The translations under genes were made by a program, and so were the position numbers. This document shows, in pieces, positions 1-9,622 of a stretch of 64,000 nucleotides of DNA (positions within the stretch are counted from its first letter, which is position 1; each line of letters begins with the position of its first letter). The notes beneath the pieces were generated by a model. That model made no database searches, was not told where the DNA came from, and saw nothing but the letters and a program-made list of their open reading frames with translations. The stretch is from Sulfurimonas sp. UBA6792 (GTDB lineage Bacteria > Campylobacterota > Campylobacteria > Campylobacterales > Sulfurimonadaceae): NCBI GenBank assembly GCA_002452425.1, contig DKFQ01000066.1, positions 906-64,905 of the forward strand, written 5' to 3'.

Positions 1-27
1 AAGAGCAAGAAGTAAAGAAAGAGCAAA

Positions 28-645
28 ATGATTGAGATTGTAGATGCAAAGTTTCTTATATCTGCTGCTAACGTAGCCGGTGCGCCGGAGTCGCAGGAAC
101 AAAATGAAGTTGTTTTCATGGCACGTTCCAATGTTGGCAAAAGCTCACTGCTTAATGCACTCACCAACCATAAAGGATTGGCTAAAGTCTCTTCTACCCC
201 AGGAAAAACGAGACTTATCAACTATTTCGACGTAACATTTATTGATAGAGAAAATACACAAAAAAGTTTTGCAAAATTTGTAGATTTACCGGGTTTTGGA
301 TATGCAAAAGTTGCCAAATCTCTCAAATACGACTGGGAAAAAAATCTCACAGACTATATAGTCTCAAGAGAGCAGATTAAGATTTTTGTCCATCTTGTCG
401 ATGCGAGACACCCTTTTTTAGAAATTGACAAGTCTGTAAGCGATTTTTTGCTCCAACATGCACAACCTACGCAGCATATTATTCAAATTTTTACTAAAAT
501 TGACAAGTTAAACCAAAAAGAGCAAAATGAACTCAAAAAAGCATTTCCTGATGCGCTTATGGTTTCAAGCTCCAAAAAAAGAGGTTTGGCAAAAATTGTA
601 ACACTGATACATTCTATCTTAGAGGAGTCTGGTGATGAACATTGA
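28..645 (+). CDS. engB: Ribosome biogenesis GTPase YihA/EngB
   Basis: ARSNVGKSS P-loop, STPGKT, DLPGFG and TKID motifs. Confidence 0.95.
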   Translation: MIEIVDAKFLISAANVAGAPESQEQNEVVFMARSNVGKSSLLNALTNHKGLAKVSSTPGKTRLINYFDVTFIDRENTQKSFAKFVDLPGFGYAKVAKSLKYDWEKNLTDYIVSREQIKIFVHLVDARHPFLEIDKSVSDFLLQHAQPTQHIIQIFTKIDKLNQKEQNELKKAFPDALMVSSSKKRGLAKIVTLIHSILEESGDEH

Positions 646-1096
646 ATTAACAAGAGCAAGGTTATCCGATATTGCAGAGATGCAAAAAATGGTTATTCCC
701 GAAGTTGAAGCCGGAGTTATTTTGGCAAGAAGCTCTGATGAGATAGCAACCAATATCAGATCCTATATACTTGCAAAAGAGAGTGGAGAGATAGTCGGTT
801 TTTGCGCACTCCATATCCATACTCCCTCTCTTGCTGAGATTCGTTCTTTGGTTGTCAAAGAGGATAAAAGAGGCAAAGGGATAGGGCAGCAGCTTGTAAC
901 ACAGGCGATAGAAGATGCCGAGGCTTTAGGCTTGAAAAAAGTGTTAAGCCTTACCTATAAACAAGCTTTTTTTGAAAAACTTGGATTTGTAGAAATTCCA
1001 AAAGAGTCACTGCCGGAGCACAAAATTTGGGCAGATTGTATCAAATGTAAACATTTTCCCGTATGCAACGAAGTCTCTCTTATCAAAACCCTCTAA
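635..1096 (+). CDS. GNAT N-acetyltransferase, short ArgA-like
   Basis: LAEIRSL motif, RGKGIG acetyl-CoA motif, FFEKLGF, KIWADC; GAGGAG RBS upstream (alternative GTG start at 632). Confidence 0.8.
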   Translation: MNIELTRARLSDIAEMQKMVIPEVEAGVILARSSDEIATNIRSYILAKESGEIVGFCALHIHTPSLAEIRSLVVKEDKRGKGIGQQLVTQAIEDAEALGLKKVLSLTYKQAFFEKLGFVEIPKESLPEHKIWADCIKCKHFPVCNEVSLIKTL

Positions 1097-1515
1097 CACC
1101 CTACTTTTATGGTGTTTTATTCCTTCTTTATACGGCGTTAAGCGGCATCTATCTTTTCTTGCCGCCACTGCTGGCAATACTCTATTTTTATTTTTCAAAA
1201 GCACTTAAAAAAGAGGATTCCGGAGTTCTTTTTTTAGTTATTTTTTGCCTTTTACTTTTTGAAGCTTCCAATGGGTATGTGCTCTTTAGCACGATTATCT
1301 ACTTTTTTTTGCTTCACAAATATATTGTGCCAAAAATCATGCAAAATTTCAGTTGTGCCACATGCATACGATTTGTTGTCGTTCTTTTGGCATATTTTGG
1401 TTTTTTCCTTTTTTACTCTCTTTTAGCAAGCATATTTATGTTTCCGGCACCAAACATAAGTTACTATGTGATTTACTACATTGCCATTGAATTTTTGATT
1501 ATGAGCGTCTTATGA
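1063..1515 (+). CDS. Membrane protein, probable MreD-like rod shape protein
   Basis: About 5 hydrophobic helices; directly upstream of and overlapping mrdA. Confidence 0.55.
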   Translation: MQRSLSYQNPLTPYFYGVLFLLYTALSGIYLFLPPLLAILYFYFSKALKKEDSGVLFLVIFCLLLFEASNGYVLFSTIIYFFLLHKYIVPKIMQNFSCATCIRFVVVLLAYFGFFLFYSLLASIFMFPAPNISYYVIYYIAIEFLIMSVL

Positions 1516-3314
1516 AAATCAAATTTATACTTTTTATGTTTGCTCTTACGTGGCTGACACTGCTTGTGAGGGTCTTTTTGCTCTCTGTGGAGTCAAACAG
1601 CTACTATGAGAAACTCTCCTATAACAACACTATCAAAATCGAGCAGATTGCACCTGTAAGAGGGGAGATTGTTGATATCAACAACCGACCACTTGCCATC
1701 AATGAGCTTGGTTTTAAGATACAACTCGCCCCACACCTGACACTCAAAAAAAATAGTGATATTTTTGAATCAGAGTTAGCTACGCTTCTCTCCCTACTGC
1801 CTCATTTGGATAAAGAGAAGATTATCAAAGAGTATAAAAAAAGTGACTCCTACTACAACCACAACTTTATTGATATTGTTGAATTTGTCTCTTATGAGCA
1901 GATTATGCCCGTTTACTCTATCTTGAGTTTAAGAGAAAATATCAACGTTGTCTCTTCCCCAAAAAGGTACTATCCTCACAATGAAGCCGCTGCTCACGTT
2001 GTTGGCTATGTGGGGCGTGCAAATAAGGATGATGTCCAAGATGATCCATTGGTTGAGCTTATAGGTTATAGCGGAAAGTCCGGCATAGAGCGATACTATA
2101 ACGAATATCTCCAAGGCTTAGCTGGAAAAAGAGAGATAAAAGTAAATGCAAACAACCAAGAGGTAGAAGAGCTCTCAAGCCAAATGCCAGTGGAGGATAG
2201 AAAACTCACACTAAACATCGATATAGAACTTCAAAAATACATCGCAACACTTTTTGAAAACAAGGCGGGAGCGGTTGTTGTTATGGAGGTTAATGGTGCT
2301 GTTCTCTCAGCAAGCAGTTTTCCAGAGTATGATTTAAACACCTTTGTAACAGGGATAAGCAGTGAGATTTGGGAGAAACTCTCAAATAGTCTGGACAAAC
2401 CTTTTACAAATAAGCTTATTCATGGGCTTTACCCTCCTGGTTCTGTTATCAAAACAGGTTTGGGTCTGCTTTATATTACCTCCCCAGAAGTTGGTCAAAA
2501 TTTTAGTGTCCATTGTACGGCTTCTTTACCAGTTGGCTCTAGGGTGTTTCGATGTTGGAAGAGAGATGGGCATGGAAGTACGGATATAAAAAAAGCGATT
2601 CGAGAGAGTTGTGATGACTACTTTTACAAAGGAAGTCTCAAGCTTGGTATAGACAAAATGAGTGATGGGCTTATGCGTTATGGACTTGGAAAAAAGACAG
2701 GAGTTGATTTGCCAAATGAGTTTGTAGGCACGGTGCCCTCACGTGAGTGGAAAAAGAAAAAATATAACAAATCTTGGTATATTGGAGAGACTATCAACAC
2801 ATCCATAGGGCAGGGGGATTTTTTAACAACACCCATGCAAGTTGCCCAATTTACAGCACTTATGGCAACAGGAAAACTTCCACGCCCTTATTTTGCAAGT
2901 ATGCTAGGAGATAAGCTTGTCGAACCTCAACTTCAAGAGGTGCTTGATGAGGGCGAGTTAAAAAGGCTACCAACTATCCAAAGAGCAATGTATGAAGTGT
3001 GTAATGTAGCAGGTGGAACAGGCACAAATTACCTCAAAACAAAAGTGAAAATTGCAGGAAAAACTGGAACAGCACAAGTTGTAGGTATTTTACAAAATAT
3101 CAAACAAAGAGAACTAGAACATGAAATGGAGTACTACACACGTTCACATGCTTGGTTTGCGACGTACGGACCTTATGAAAATCCTCAGTATGCCGTTGTG
3201 GTTATGGTAGAGCATGGTGGGCATGGTGGCGCAGCTACTGGTGCTATTGTTTCAAAGATTTATGACAAACTCTTGGAACTTGGATATATAAAAACAGAGG
3301 AGATAGAGAGGTAA
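1512..3314 (+). CDS. mrdA: Penicillin-binding protein 2
   Basis: N-terminal TM; SVIK (SxxK), SCD (SxD) and KTGT motifs. Confidence 0.95.
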   Translation: MKIKFILFMFALTWLTLLVRVFLLSVESNSYYEKLSYNNTIKIEQIAPVRGEIVDINNRPLAINELGFKIQLAPHLTLKKNSDIFESELATLLSLLPHLDKEKIIKEYKKSDSYYNHNFIDIVEFVSYEQIMPVYSILSLRENINVVSSPKRYYPHNEAAAHVVGYVGRANKDDVQDDPLVELIGYSGKSGIERYYNEYLQGLAGKREIKVNANNQEVEELSSQMPVEDRKLTLNIDIELQKYIATLFENKAGAVVVMEVNGAVLSASSFPEYDLNTFVTGISSEIWEKLSNSLDKPFTNKLIHGLYPPGSVIKTGLGLLYITSPEVGQNFSVHCTASLPVGSRVFRCWKRDGHGSTDIKKAIRESCDDYFYKGSLKLGIDKMSDGLMRYGLGKKTGVDLPNEFVGTVPSREWKKKKYNKSWYIGETINTSIGQGDFLTTPMQVAQFTALMATGKLPRPYFASMLGDKLVEPQLQEVLDEGELKRLPTIQRAMYEVCNVAGGTGTNYLKTKVKIAGKTGTAQVVGILQNIKQRELEHEMEYYTRSHAWFATYGPYENPQYAVVVMVEHGGHGGAATGAIVSKIYDKLLELGYIKTEEIER

Positions 3315-3316
3315 CT

Positions 3317-3736
3317 TTATCCTTCGTTTCTAACAATGAGACTCTCTGGCAAGTTAAACTTTTGAATCAACCTTGCCTCCTCTTGTCTCATCTCTCCCTC
3401 GTCAACTTCGTGGTCATACCCTAACAGATGCAAAAGCCCATGGATAAAAAGAAGTGCAAATTCATCATCATTTGTATGTCCAAACTCTATGGCTTTTTGC
3501 TCAATATACTCTCTGCAAATAACTATGCTTCCAAGAGGAATCATAGGCATAGCTTCATAAGGAAAGCTCAAAACATCAGTAGCTTTGTCAATTCCGCGAT
3601 GCTCCTTGTTAATCTCTCGCATCTCATGAGCATCCGTAATGATAAGCTCAATCTCTTTTTTTGTCAATGAATCAGCAATAGCACTAATAATCTCTATATC
3701 TAATTGCAATGCAGTTCTATTGTCAAATTCAATCAT
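3317..3736 (-). CDS. ybeY: rRNA maturation endoribonuclease YbeY
   Basis: TDVLSF and HGLLHLLGYDH motifs. Confidence 0.95.
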   Translation of the reverse strand: MIEFDNRTALQLDIEIISAIADSLTKKEIELIITDAHEMREINKEHRGIDKATDVLSFPYEAMPMIPLGSIVICREYIEQKAIEFGHTNDDEFALLFIHGLLHLLGYDHEVDEGEMRQEEARLIQKFNLPESLIVRNEG

Positions 3737-3738
3737 TC

Positions 3739-3918
3739 TTACCCTGCAATATTGAGATTGACGCCAACCCCAGTTTTTTGTGCTGCGACTTTTTGTGACT
3801 CTTCGCTCAGAGACTCTAAAATTTTTAAAGCCTGTCGCTCTTGTGTATCCATACTCTTTTTAATCGCCTCAACACCTGATGAGGACTGTGTGTTTGTATT
3901 TGAAGATGAAATTTCCAT
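3739..3918 (-). CDS. 59-aa small protein, YjfB-like putative motility protein
   Basis: Hand-translated MEISSSNTNTQSSSGVEAIKKSMDTQERQALKILESLSEESQKVAAQKTGVGVNLNIAG*; AAGGAGAG RBS; TATAAT upstream; stop 2 nt before ybeY start. Confidence 0.8.
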   Translation of the reverse strand: MEISSSNTNTQSSSGVEAIKKSMDTQERQALKILESLSEESQKVAAQKTGVGVNLNIAG

Positions 3919-4000
3919 AATCTCTCCTTATTTGGATATTGAAGCATTATATAGCGCATCCCTTTTGAGGAAGATTAAAATAATATGTTAGAATTACTTT

Positions 4001-4675
4001 ATGAATTTGGAAAATAAAAAAGCAATATGTATTATGAGCGGTGGCATGGACTCAACACTTGGTGCCTACATGGTAAAAAAAATGGGATATGAGGTTATAG
4101 CTCTGCACTTCAACTACGGACAGAGAACGCAACAAAAAGAACTTTTGTGTTTTGAGAAGATTTGCGACGACCTTGGTGTTTTAAAGCGTTATGTTTTGGA
4201 TTTGGATTTTTTTGAGCAAATAGGAGCTTCGGCACTCATAGACAAGAGCATAGAAGTACCTACCAAAGGTGTGGAAGAGGGTGTGCCCGTAACCTATGTC
4301 CCTTTTAGAAACGGCATTTTTTTAAGTATCTCCGGAGCTTTGGCGGAAAAAGAGGGGGCGAAGATTATCTCCATAGGTGTGGTGGAAGAAGACAGTAGCG
4401 GTTATCCTGATTGTCGGGAGTCTTTTATCAACAGCATTGAGCAGAGTATCAACCTCGGCACAAAAGAGGAGACAAAGATTCAAATCTATATGCCCCTTGT
4501 TCACCTCAAAAAATCACAAATCGTACAACATGCGTTAGAACTTCAAGTTCCGCTTGAGCATACTTGGAGTTGTTACAAGGATGAAGAGAGGGCATGCGGC
4601 GTTTGTGACAGTTGCCGTCTGCGTCTAAACGGTTTCAAGCTTGCCGGAGTAAAAGACCCTCTTGAGTATCAGTAA
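4001..4675 (+). CDS. queC: 7-cyano-7-deazaguanine synthase
   Basis: SGGMDS, YVPFRN, YPDCR, TWSCY..CGVCDSC zinc motif. Confidence 0.95.
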   Translation: MNLENKKAICIMSGGMDSTLGAYMVKKMGYEVIALHFNYGQRTQQKELLCFEKICDDLGVLKRYVLDLDFFEQIGASALIDKSIEVPTKGVEEGVPVTYVPFRNGIFLSISGALAEKEGAKIISIGVVEEDSSGYPDCRESFINSIEQSINLGTKEETKIQIYMPLVHLKKSQIVQHALELQVPLEHTWSCYKDEERACGVCDSCRLRLNGFKLAGVKDPLEYQ

Positions 4676-5333
4676 AATCATATTTCGTGATTTGCAAATC
4701 TTGCATCTGCGAAAGCCGGAGCTTAAAAACAGCTATATAAGTGTTAAAAAAAACGGTGAAATAGTTCTTAAAACACCAAAAGTTTCTGATGATTTTATAC
4801 AAAGGCTTCTTTTGCAAAGAGAGTCTTGGATAAGAAATCAACTTCAAAAAGTATCTTCTTTGCAAACACTTAGTGTAGTTTTAGAGGATGAGATTTTGCT
4901 TTTTGGAGAAGTTTTTAGTATAGATATCGATGAAGCAAAAGAGTTAAGAGAGTCTTTGCAAAAAGTAAAAATCTCAAACAAAGAGAGCGTCATTCGATGT
5001 TATGAGAGATTTTATAAAAATTACGCACTCTTCTACATCACGCAAAGAGCAGCACATTTTGCAGAGGTGATGCAACTTAACTACAGTGAGTTGAAATTTA
5101 AAAAGATGCGTAGCAGATGGGGAAGTTGCAGTTCCAAAGGTGTTATTACATTCAATACGGAACTGATAAAACTAGATAAAAAACTTATAGATTTTATCGT
5201 TGTGCATGAACTCGCACATCTCAAACATATGAATCACTCAAAAGAGTTTCACGCGCTTGTCCACGGCTACATCCATGATGCAAAAACATTAAATCAAAAA
5301 CTAAAGAAACTCCACACCTACTTGTTTATCTGA
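4662..5333 (+). CDS. YgjP/DUF45-type zinc metalloprotein (M48-like)
   Basis: RWGSCS and HELAH..HMNHS motifs; TTG start. Confidence 0.85.
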   Translation: MSISKIIFRDLQILHLRKPELKNSYISVKKNGEIVLKTPKVSDDFIQRLLLQRESWIRNQLQKVSSLQTLSVVLEDEILLFGEVFSIDIDEAKELRESLQKVKISNKESVIRCYERFYKNYALFYITQRAAHFAEVMQLNYSELKFKKMRSRWGSCSSKGVITFNTELIKLDKKLIDFIVVHELAHLKHMNHSKEFHALVHGYIHDAKTLNQKLKKLHTYLFI

Positions 5334-6467
5334 TTATCTTGCATTTAAAAAATATCTCAAACTTGCATCGCTCCACTCTTTTGAGAGTGCAAGATGGTTT
5401 TGTATGGATTTATAGACAAGTTCAAAGTCGCTGTTTTGTTGGCTAAAATCTTTAAGTACCTCTTGAAGTGCTTTTTTCCCAGCCTCTACAACATCTTGCG
5501 GAAACTGCCGAATCTCGATATTTAGCTCTTTGAGTTTTTTAAGCGCATGAATATTTTCATAGTGAAACTCATAGGTCATGTTGGAGTTCATCTCGTTTGC
5601 GGCTACTTCTATCATGCCTTGATGCTCGCTAGAGAGCTTGTTCCAAAACTGTTTGTTAAATGTAACTTCAAGGATAGACCCAGGTTCATGCCACCCTGAG
5701 TAGTAAAAAGGCGCAACTTTATGAAATCCCATCTTAATATCAAGCGCAGGACCGACCCACTCTGTCGCATCTATAACGCCGCGCTCTAGCGAGGTATAAA
5801 TCTCTCCGGCAGGAAGCAGTACAGAGTTTACTCCCATCTTTGAGAAGACCTCTCCGCCAAGCCCTGGGATGCGCATCTTAAGCCCGTTCATGTCGTAGAG
5901 TGATTTTATCTCTTTTCTAAACCACCCACCCATTTGGATATTGGTGTTACCGCCCATAAAAGGGTGAAGGTTATATTTTTCATATTGCGCTCTCCAAAGT
6001 TCAAGTCCGCCGCCAAAGAGCATCCATGAGTTTATCTCTTCCGCACTAAAACCAAAAGGGATACCGCTGTAGAGTGAAAATGCGCTGTTTTTTCCTTTCC
6101 AGTAGTAAGGTCCTGAGTGAAACGCATCTATTTGACCGCTAGAACATGCATCAAAAACCGCCAAATCAGGTACAAGTGTGTTTTTTGGATAGATTTTTAT
6201 CTCCAAAGAGCCGCCGCTTATATCTTTGAGTCTCTGTGCGAACTTCTCTACCCCCGTACCCATGATAGGAAAGCTCCCCGGCCAGCTTGTTGCGAGTTTT
6301 ACAACGCTCTTTTTATTTTTGTTGATATTTATATGTTTTTCGCCGCTCTCTTTTGGTTCTGGATGCTTTGAGTAATCAATCGCTTTTCTGTTACTCTCAT
6401 TACATCCGCCAAGAGCTAAAGCCGCAGACGAGGTTGTTGTTGCTACTAAAAAGTCTCTTCTGTTCAT
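5334..6467 (-). CDS. TRAP transporter substrate-binding protein (DctP/TakP family), Tat lipoprotein
   Basis: NRRDFL Tat motif, LGGC lipobox, QMGGWFRKEI, GLKMRIPG, DATEWVGP. Confidence 0.9.
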   Translation of the reverse strand: MNRRDFLVATTTSSAALALGGCNESNRKAIDYSKHPEPKESGEKHININKNKKSVVKLATSWPGSFPIMGTGVEKFAQRLKDISGGSLEIKIYPKNTLVPDLAVFDACSSGQIDAFHSGPYYWKGKNSAFSLYSGIPFGFSAEEINSWMLFGGGLELWRAQYEKYNLHPFMGGNTNIQMGGWFRKEIKSLYDMNGLKMRIPGLGGEVFSKMGVNSVLLPAGEIYTSLERGVIDATEWVGPALDIKMGFHKVAPFYYSGWHEPGSILEVTFNKQFWNKLSSEHQGMIEVAANEMNSNMTYEFHYENIHALKKLKELNIEIRQFPQDVVEAGKKALQEVLKDFSQQNSDFELVYKSIQNHLALSKEWSDASLRYFLNAR

Positions 6468-6479
6468 CTTTTTACCATC

Positions 6480-7475
6480 CTAAAAATCCATTGTTAGCTG
6501 TTTTTGGTTCGATAAAAGTCTGTTTAAAATCGATTTATCTACGCCTACAATAAGAGCAAAGTTAAATCTGTTTTCTCTTAAAATAGCAATAATCTCTTTT
6601 TCATTTTTATAACTAAAATTCTTTTGGCTATTTTCTATTTCGATATGTTTTGGGAGTATAAAAATAGTATTTGCCCATGAAGCATGACGCTGCAAAAACG
6701 AGATTTGCGCATCGATAAGTTGGCTATTTGGCTCAAAAATAAGAACTTTATCACTTGTACCAAAGCTCTTTATCTCAAACTTTTTATTGATAAAAATAGG
6801 TTCAAAATGTTCGATAAGCGTAAATTTTCTGAGTTTATACTCTATTTTGAGTATTTTATAAAGATGCAGCAACTCTTCAAGATAGGGAATAAAAAAAGGA
6901 GAGATGAGCTGTCTTTCGTAAAAAACATTATTATAGATAAAAGATGTTTCAAAAAGCGTCTGTTCGATAATCTCAATGGGAACATAAGGCGGATGCGGCA
7001 TCTTTTTAACAACAGCAAACATCTCTTTATCCACAAGGGCAGGGCAAAATAGAAGGGTTGTTCTGTTTTCTGCATCTAAAAGGGCTTTAAAAATCGATTT
7101 TAAATCTCCAAAAATGCTCAAGAAGTTTGATGGAGTGATGACTTGCAAAGAGAGTTTAAAAATAATCTCATTACACGCATACGCCACTATCTCTTTTTCT
7201 ATACTTTTAAAACGAATCAGCTTTTTAAGTGCTTCATCAAGGCTATGCGCTTTAATCCAAGCGATTTCATTATCGCTTATCTGTGTGGGCTTATCAAAAA
7301 TAACCCCATAAGCGCCATTTGCAACAGCCACTTCAATCTCTTCTTGAGAATATGCAAAAAAAAGATCTCCTCGCTTGACCCTATGTGCTTCAAAAACTAT
7401 ATTTTCAAAACTATGTACATAAGGCTCATTGACAAGGGTGGTCTGTGTAAGCGCTAGAAAATTTTCAAGTCTCAT
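6480..7475 (-). CDS. Hypothetical protein with Mur-ligase N-terminal-like domain
   Basis: RVKRGDLFFA...AVANGAYGVIFD resembles the MurE/F N-terminus; no ATP P-loop seen. Confidence 0.55.
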   Translation of the reverse strand: MRLENFLALTQTTLVNEPYVHSFENIVFEAHRVKRGDLFFAYSQEEIEVAVANGAYGVIFDKPTQISDNEIAWIKAHSLDEALKKLIRFKSIEKEIVAYACNEIIFKLSLQVITPSNFLSIFGDLKSIFKALLDAENRTTLLFCPALVDKEMFAVVKKMPHPPYVPIEIIEQTLFETSFIYNNVFYERQLISPFFIPYLEELLHLYKILKIEYKLRKFTLIEHFEPIFINKKFEIKSFGTSDKVLIFEPNSQLIDAQISFLQRHASWANTIFILPKHIEIENSQKNFSYKNEKEIIAILRENRFNFALIVGVDKSILNRLLSNQKQLTMDF

Positions 7476-9406
7476 CCAATAGGCGTGCCTGCTTTTTTAG
7501 GTTTTTCAGGTCTAACTAGTGAGAGACCATCTTCATCCTTGGCAGCAAGAAGCATTCCCTCTGAGAGCATTCCCATCAGTTTTGCAGGTTTTAGGTTTGC
7601 AACGACGCAGACATGCGTATTTATGAGGGATTCTGGCGTATAGAACTCTCTTATGCCTGCTACAACCTGTCTTGGGTTTTCTTCGCCCAAATCAACTTTG
7701 AGTTTTAAAAGTTTACTACTCTTTGGAACGATTTCAGCCTCTACTACGATACCGACTTTTAGAGAAGTTTGGAAAAACTGACCGATTTCTATAAGATTAT
7801 CTTGCTCTTTTGCACACTCTGTAACTGCTTTAGGAGCCTCTTTAGCCGCATTTGGATGAGCAAGTGGAGCTTCAGGCATCAAAGGCTCTTCTATACGAGG
7901 GAAGAGGGGAGGAGTCTGCTTAATATTAAATAGTTTTAGTAATTTTTTCTCAATAACAAGCTCTTTATAACTTGCATTATCTATGCTAAAGTTTAATGTA
8001 TCTGCGATGATGTCTGTAGTTTTAGGCATAATCGCGTGCAACATAATCGCGGCTTTTGCAAGTATATTTGCCACAAGTGCGACTGTTGCAAGTGCCTCAT
8101 CTTTTCTCTCTTCCTTCATCTTAACCCATGGGGCATGCTCTTCTATGGCTTTGTTTCCGATGGAAAAGAGTCTCCACAGCTCTTCAAGATATCTATGTGT
8201 CTGTAGGTTTTGCATATAAGCATCAAGCGAATCCAAAACAACATTCATAGCATCAATCTCTTTTTGATGGTACTTGAGCACATCCACGCTATCTATCTCA
8301 AAATCGGAGTATTTACCGCTCATACCGATAATACGGTTAAGAAGATTACCCAAATCATTGCTGAGTTCCGAGTTGATTCTGTCTATAAAAGCTCTTTGAG
8401 AAAAATCGCCGTCTTGTCCGAAAGGAACCTCTCTAAGCATAAAATATCTCAGATTTTCAACGCCGTAAGCATCGGAGACTTGTTTTGGAGAGATAACATT
8501 GCCTTTTGATTTACTCATCTTCTCTCCGTCTCTCGTCCACCAACCATGTGCGCCAATCTGCTTTGGAAGCGGGAGGTCAAGACTCATCAAAAATGCAGGC
8601 CAGTAGATGGCATGAAAGCGAAGAATGTCTTTACCAACAAGCTGTACAGAAGCCGGCCAGTAGCGCATATTTTCTTCAGTTGTTCCATATCCAAGTGCTG
8701 TTACATAGTTAAGGAGTGCATCAAGCCAAACATACATTACATGCTTGTCGTCTTTAATCGACTCAGGCATTTTAACGCCCCATGTAAAAGATGTTCTTGT
8801 AACTGAAAGGTCACGCAAACCGCCTTTAACAAAGTTAATAACCTCATTTGCACGAGAGCGCGGCATGATAAAATCAGGGTTGTCTGCATAATGTTTTAAA
8901 AGCGCATCTTCATACTTTGAGAGCCTAAAAAAGTAGCTCTCTTCTTTTATCACGTTCGTACTTCTACCACAATCAGGGCAAAACTCTCCGTCCACAAGTT
9001 GCGTTTCCGTAAAAAAAGTCTCACAGCTTACACAGTAGTGACCTTCATAAAAATCTTTATATATATCGCCCTTTGCGTACATTACTTCAAAAGCTCTCTG
9101 CACACCTTTTTTATGCGCTTCATCTGTTGTGCGGATAAATTTATCGTAGCTTATACCAAACTCATCCCAAAGATTTTTAAAAGTAGCACTTATCTCATCC
9201 GCGAACGCCTGAGTAGCTTTGCCATTTTTTTGAGCCGACTCTTCTATCTTTTGTCCATGCTCATCAGTACCAGTTAAAAAGTAGGTATCTTCACCCTTAA
9301 GTTTCTCATATCTTGCCACACTATCGGCGATAAAAGTTGTATAAGCATGTCCAATATGCGCTTCACCGTTTACATAATAGATAGGGGTTGTTATATATTT
9401 ACTCAA
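7472..9406 (-). CDS. metG: Methionyl-tRNA synthetase with C-terminal tRNA-binding domain
   Basis: HIGH, GTDEHG, zinc knuckle, KMSKS, C-terminal ANLKPAKLMG. Confidence 0.97.
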   Translation of the reverse strand: MSKYITTPIYYVNGEAHIGHAYTTFIADSVARYEKLKGEDTYFLTGTDEHGQKIEESAQKNGKATQAFADEISATFKNLWDEFGISYDKFIRTTDEAHKKGVQRAFEVMYAKGDIYKDFYEGHYCVSCETFFTETQLVDGEFCPDCGRSTNVIKEESYFFRLSKYEDALLKHYADNPDFIMPRSRANEVINFVKGGLRDLSVTRTSFTWGVKMPESIKDDKHVMYVWLDALLNYVTALGYGTTEENMRYWPASVQLVGKDILRFHAIYWPAFLMSLDLPLPKQIGAHGWWTRDGEKMSKSKGNVISPKQVSDAYGVENLRYFMLREVPFGQDGDFSQRAFIDRINSELSNDLGNLLNRIIGMSGKYSDFEIDSVDVLKYHQKEIDAMNVVLDSLDAYMQNLQTHRYLEELWRLFSIGNKAIEEHAPWVKMKEERKDEALATVALVANILAKAAIMLHAIMPKTTDIIADTLNFSIDNASYKELVIEKKLLKLFNIKQTPPLFPRIEEPLMPEAPLAHPNAAKEAPKAVTECAKEQDNLIEIGQFFQTSLKVGIVVEAEIVPKSSKLLKLKVDLGEENPRQVVAGIREFYTPESLINTHVCVVANLKPAKLMGMLSEGMLLAAKDEDGLSLVRPEKPKKAGTPIG

Positions 9407-9415
9407 TTTTTCTCC

Positions 9416-9622
9416 TTAAAATTCAAATCCACCAGTATCCCCTTTAGACATACTGTTGTAAACCGCTTTCACATAACTACTTCTTAATTCACACGTCAGA
9501 TAAAACTCACAGGCGCTACAGCTCTTAACCTCTTTGGCTTTCTGACAAGTTTGAAGTTTCTCTATCATCTCATCCAAATGGAGTTCAAACTTGTCGAGCG
9601 TTTGTGACTCAGTTGTTTGCAT
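9416..9622 (-). CDS. Small four-Cys hypothetical protein
   Basis: C-x8-CxxC-x5-C pattern, ends GGFEF; packed between fbp and metG. Confidence 0.75.
   Translation of the reverse strand: MQTTESQTLDKFELHLDEMIEKLQTCQKAKEVKSCSACEFYLTCELRSSYVKAVYNSMSKGDTGGFEF

Noticed and set aside
3704..3991. Plus-strand 95-aa ORF in the track
   Set aside because: Shadow of the minus-strand 59-aa gene, which has the RBS and the family-like sequence
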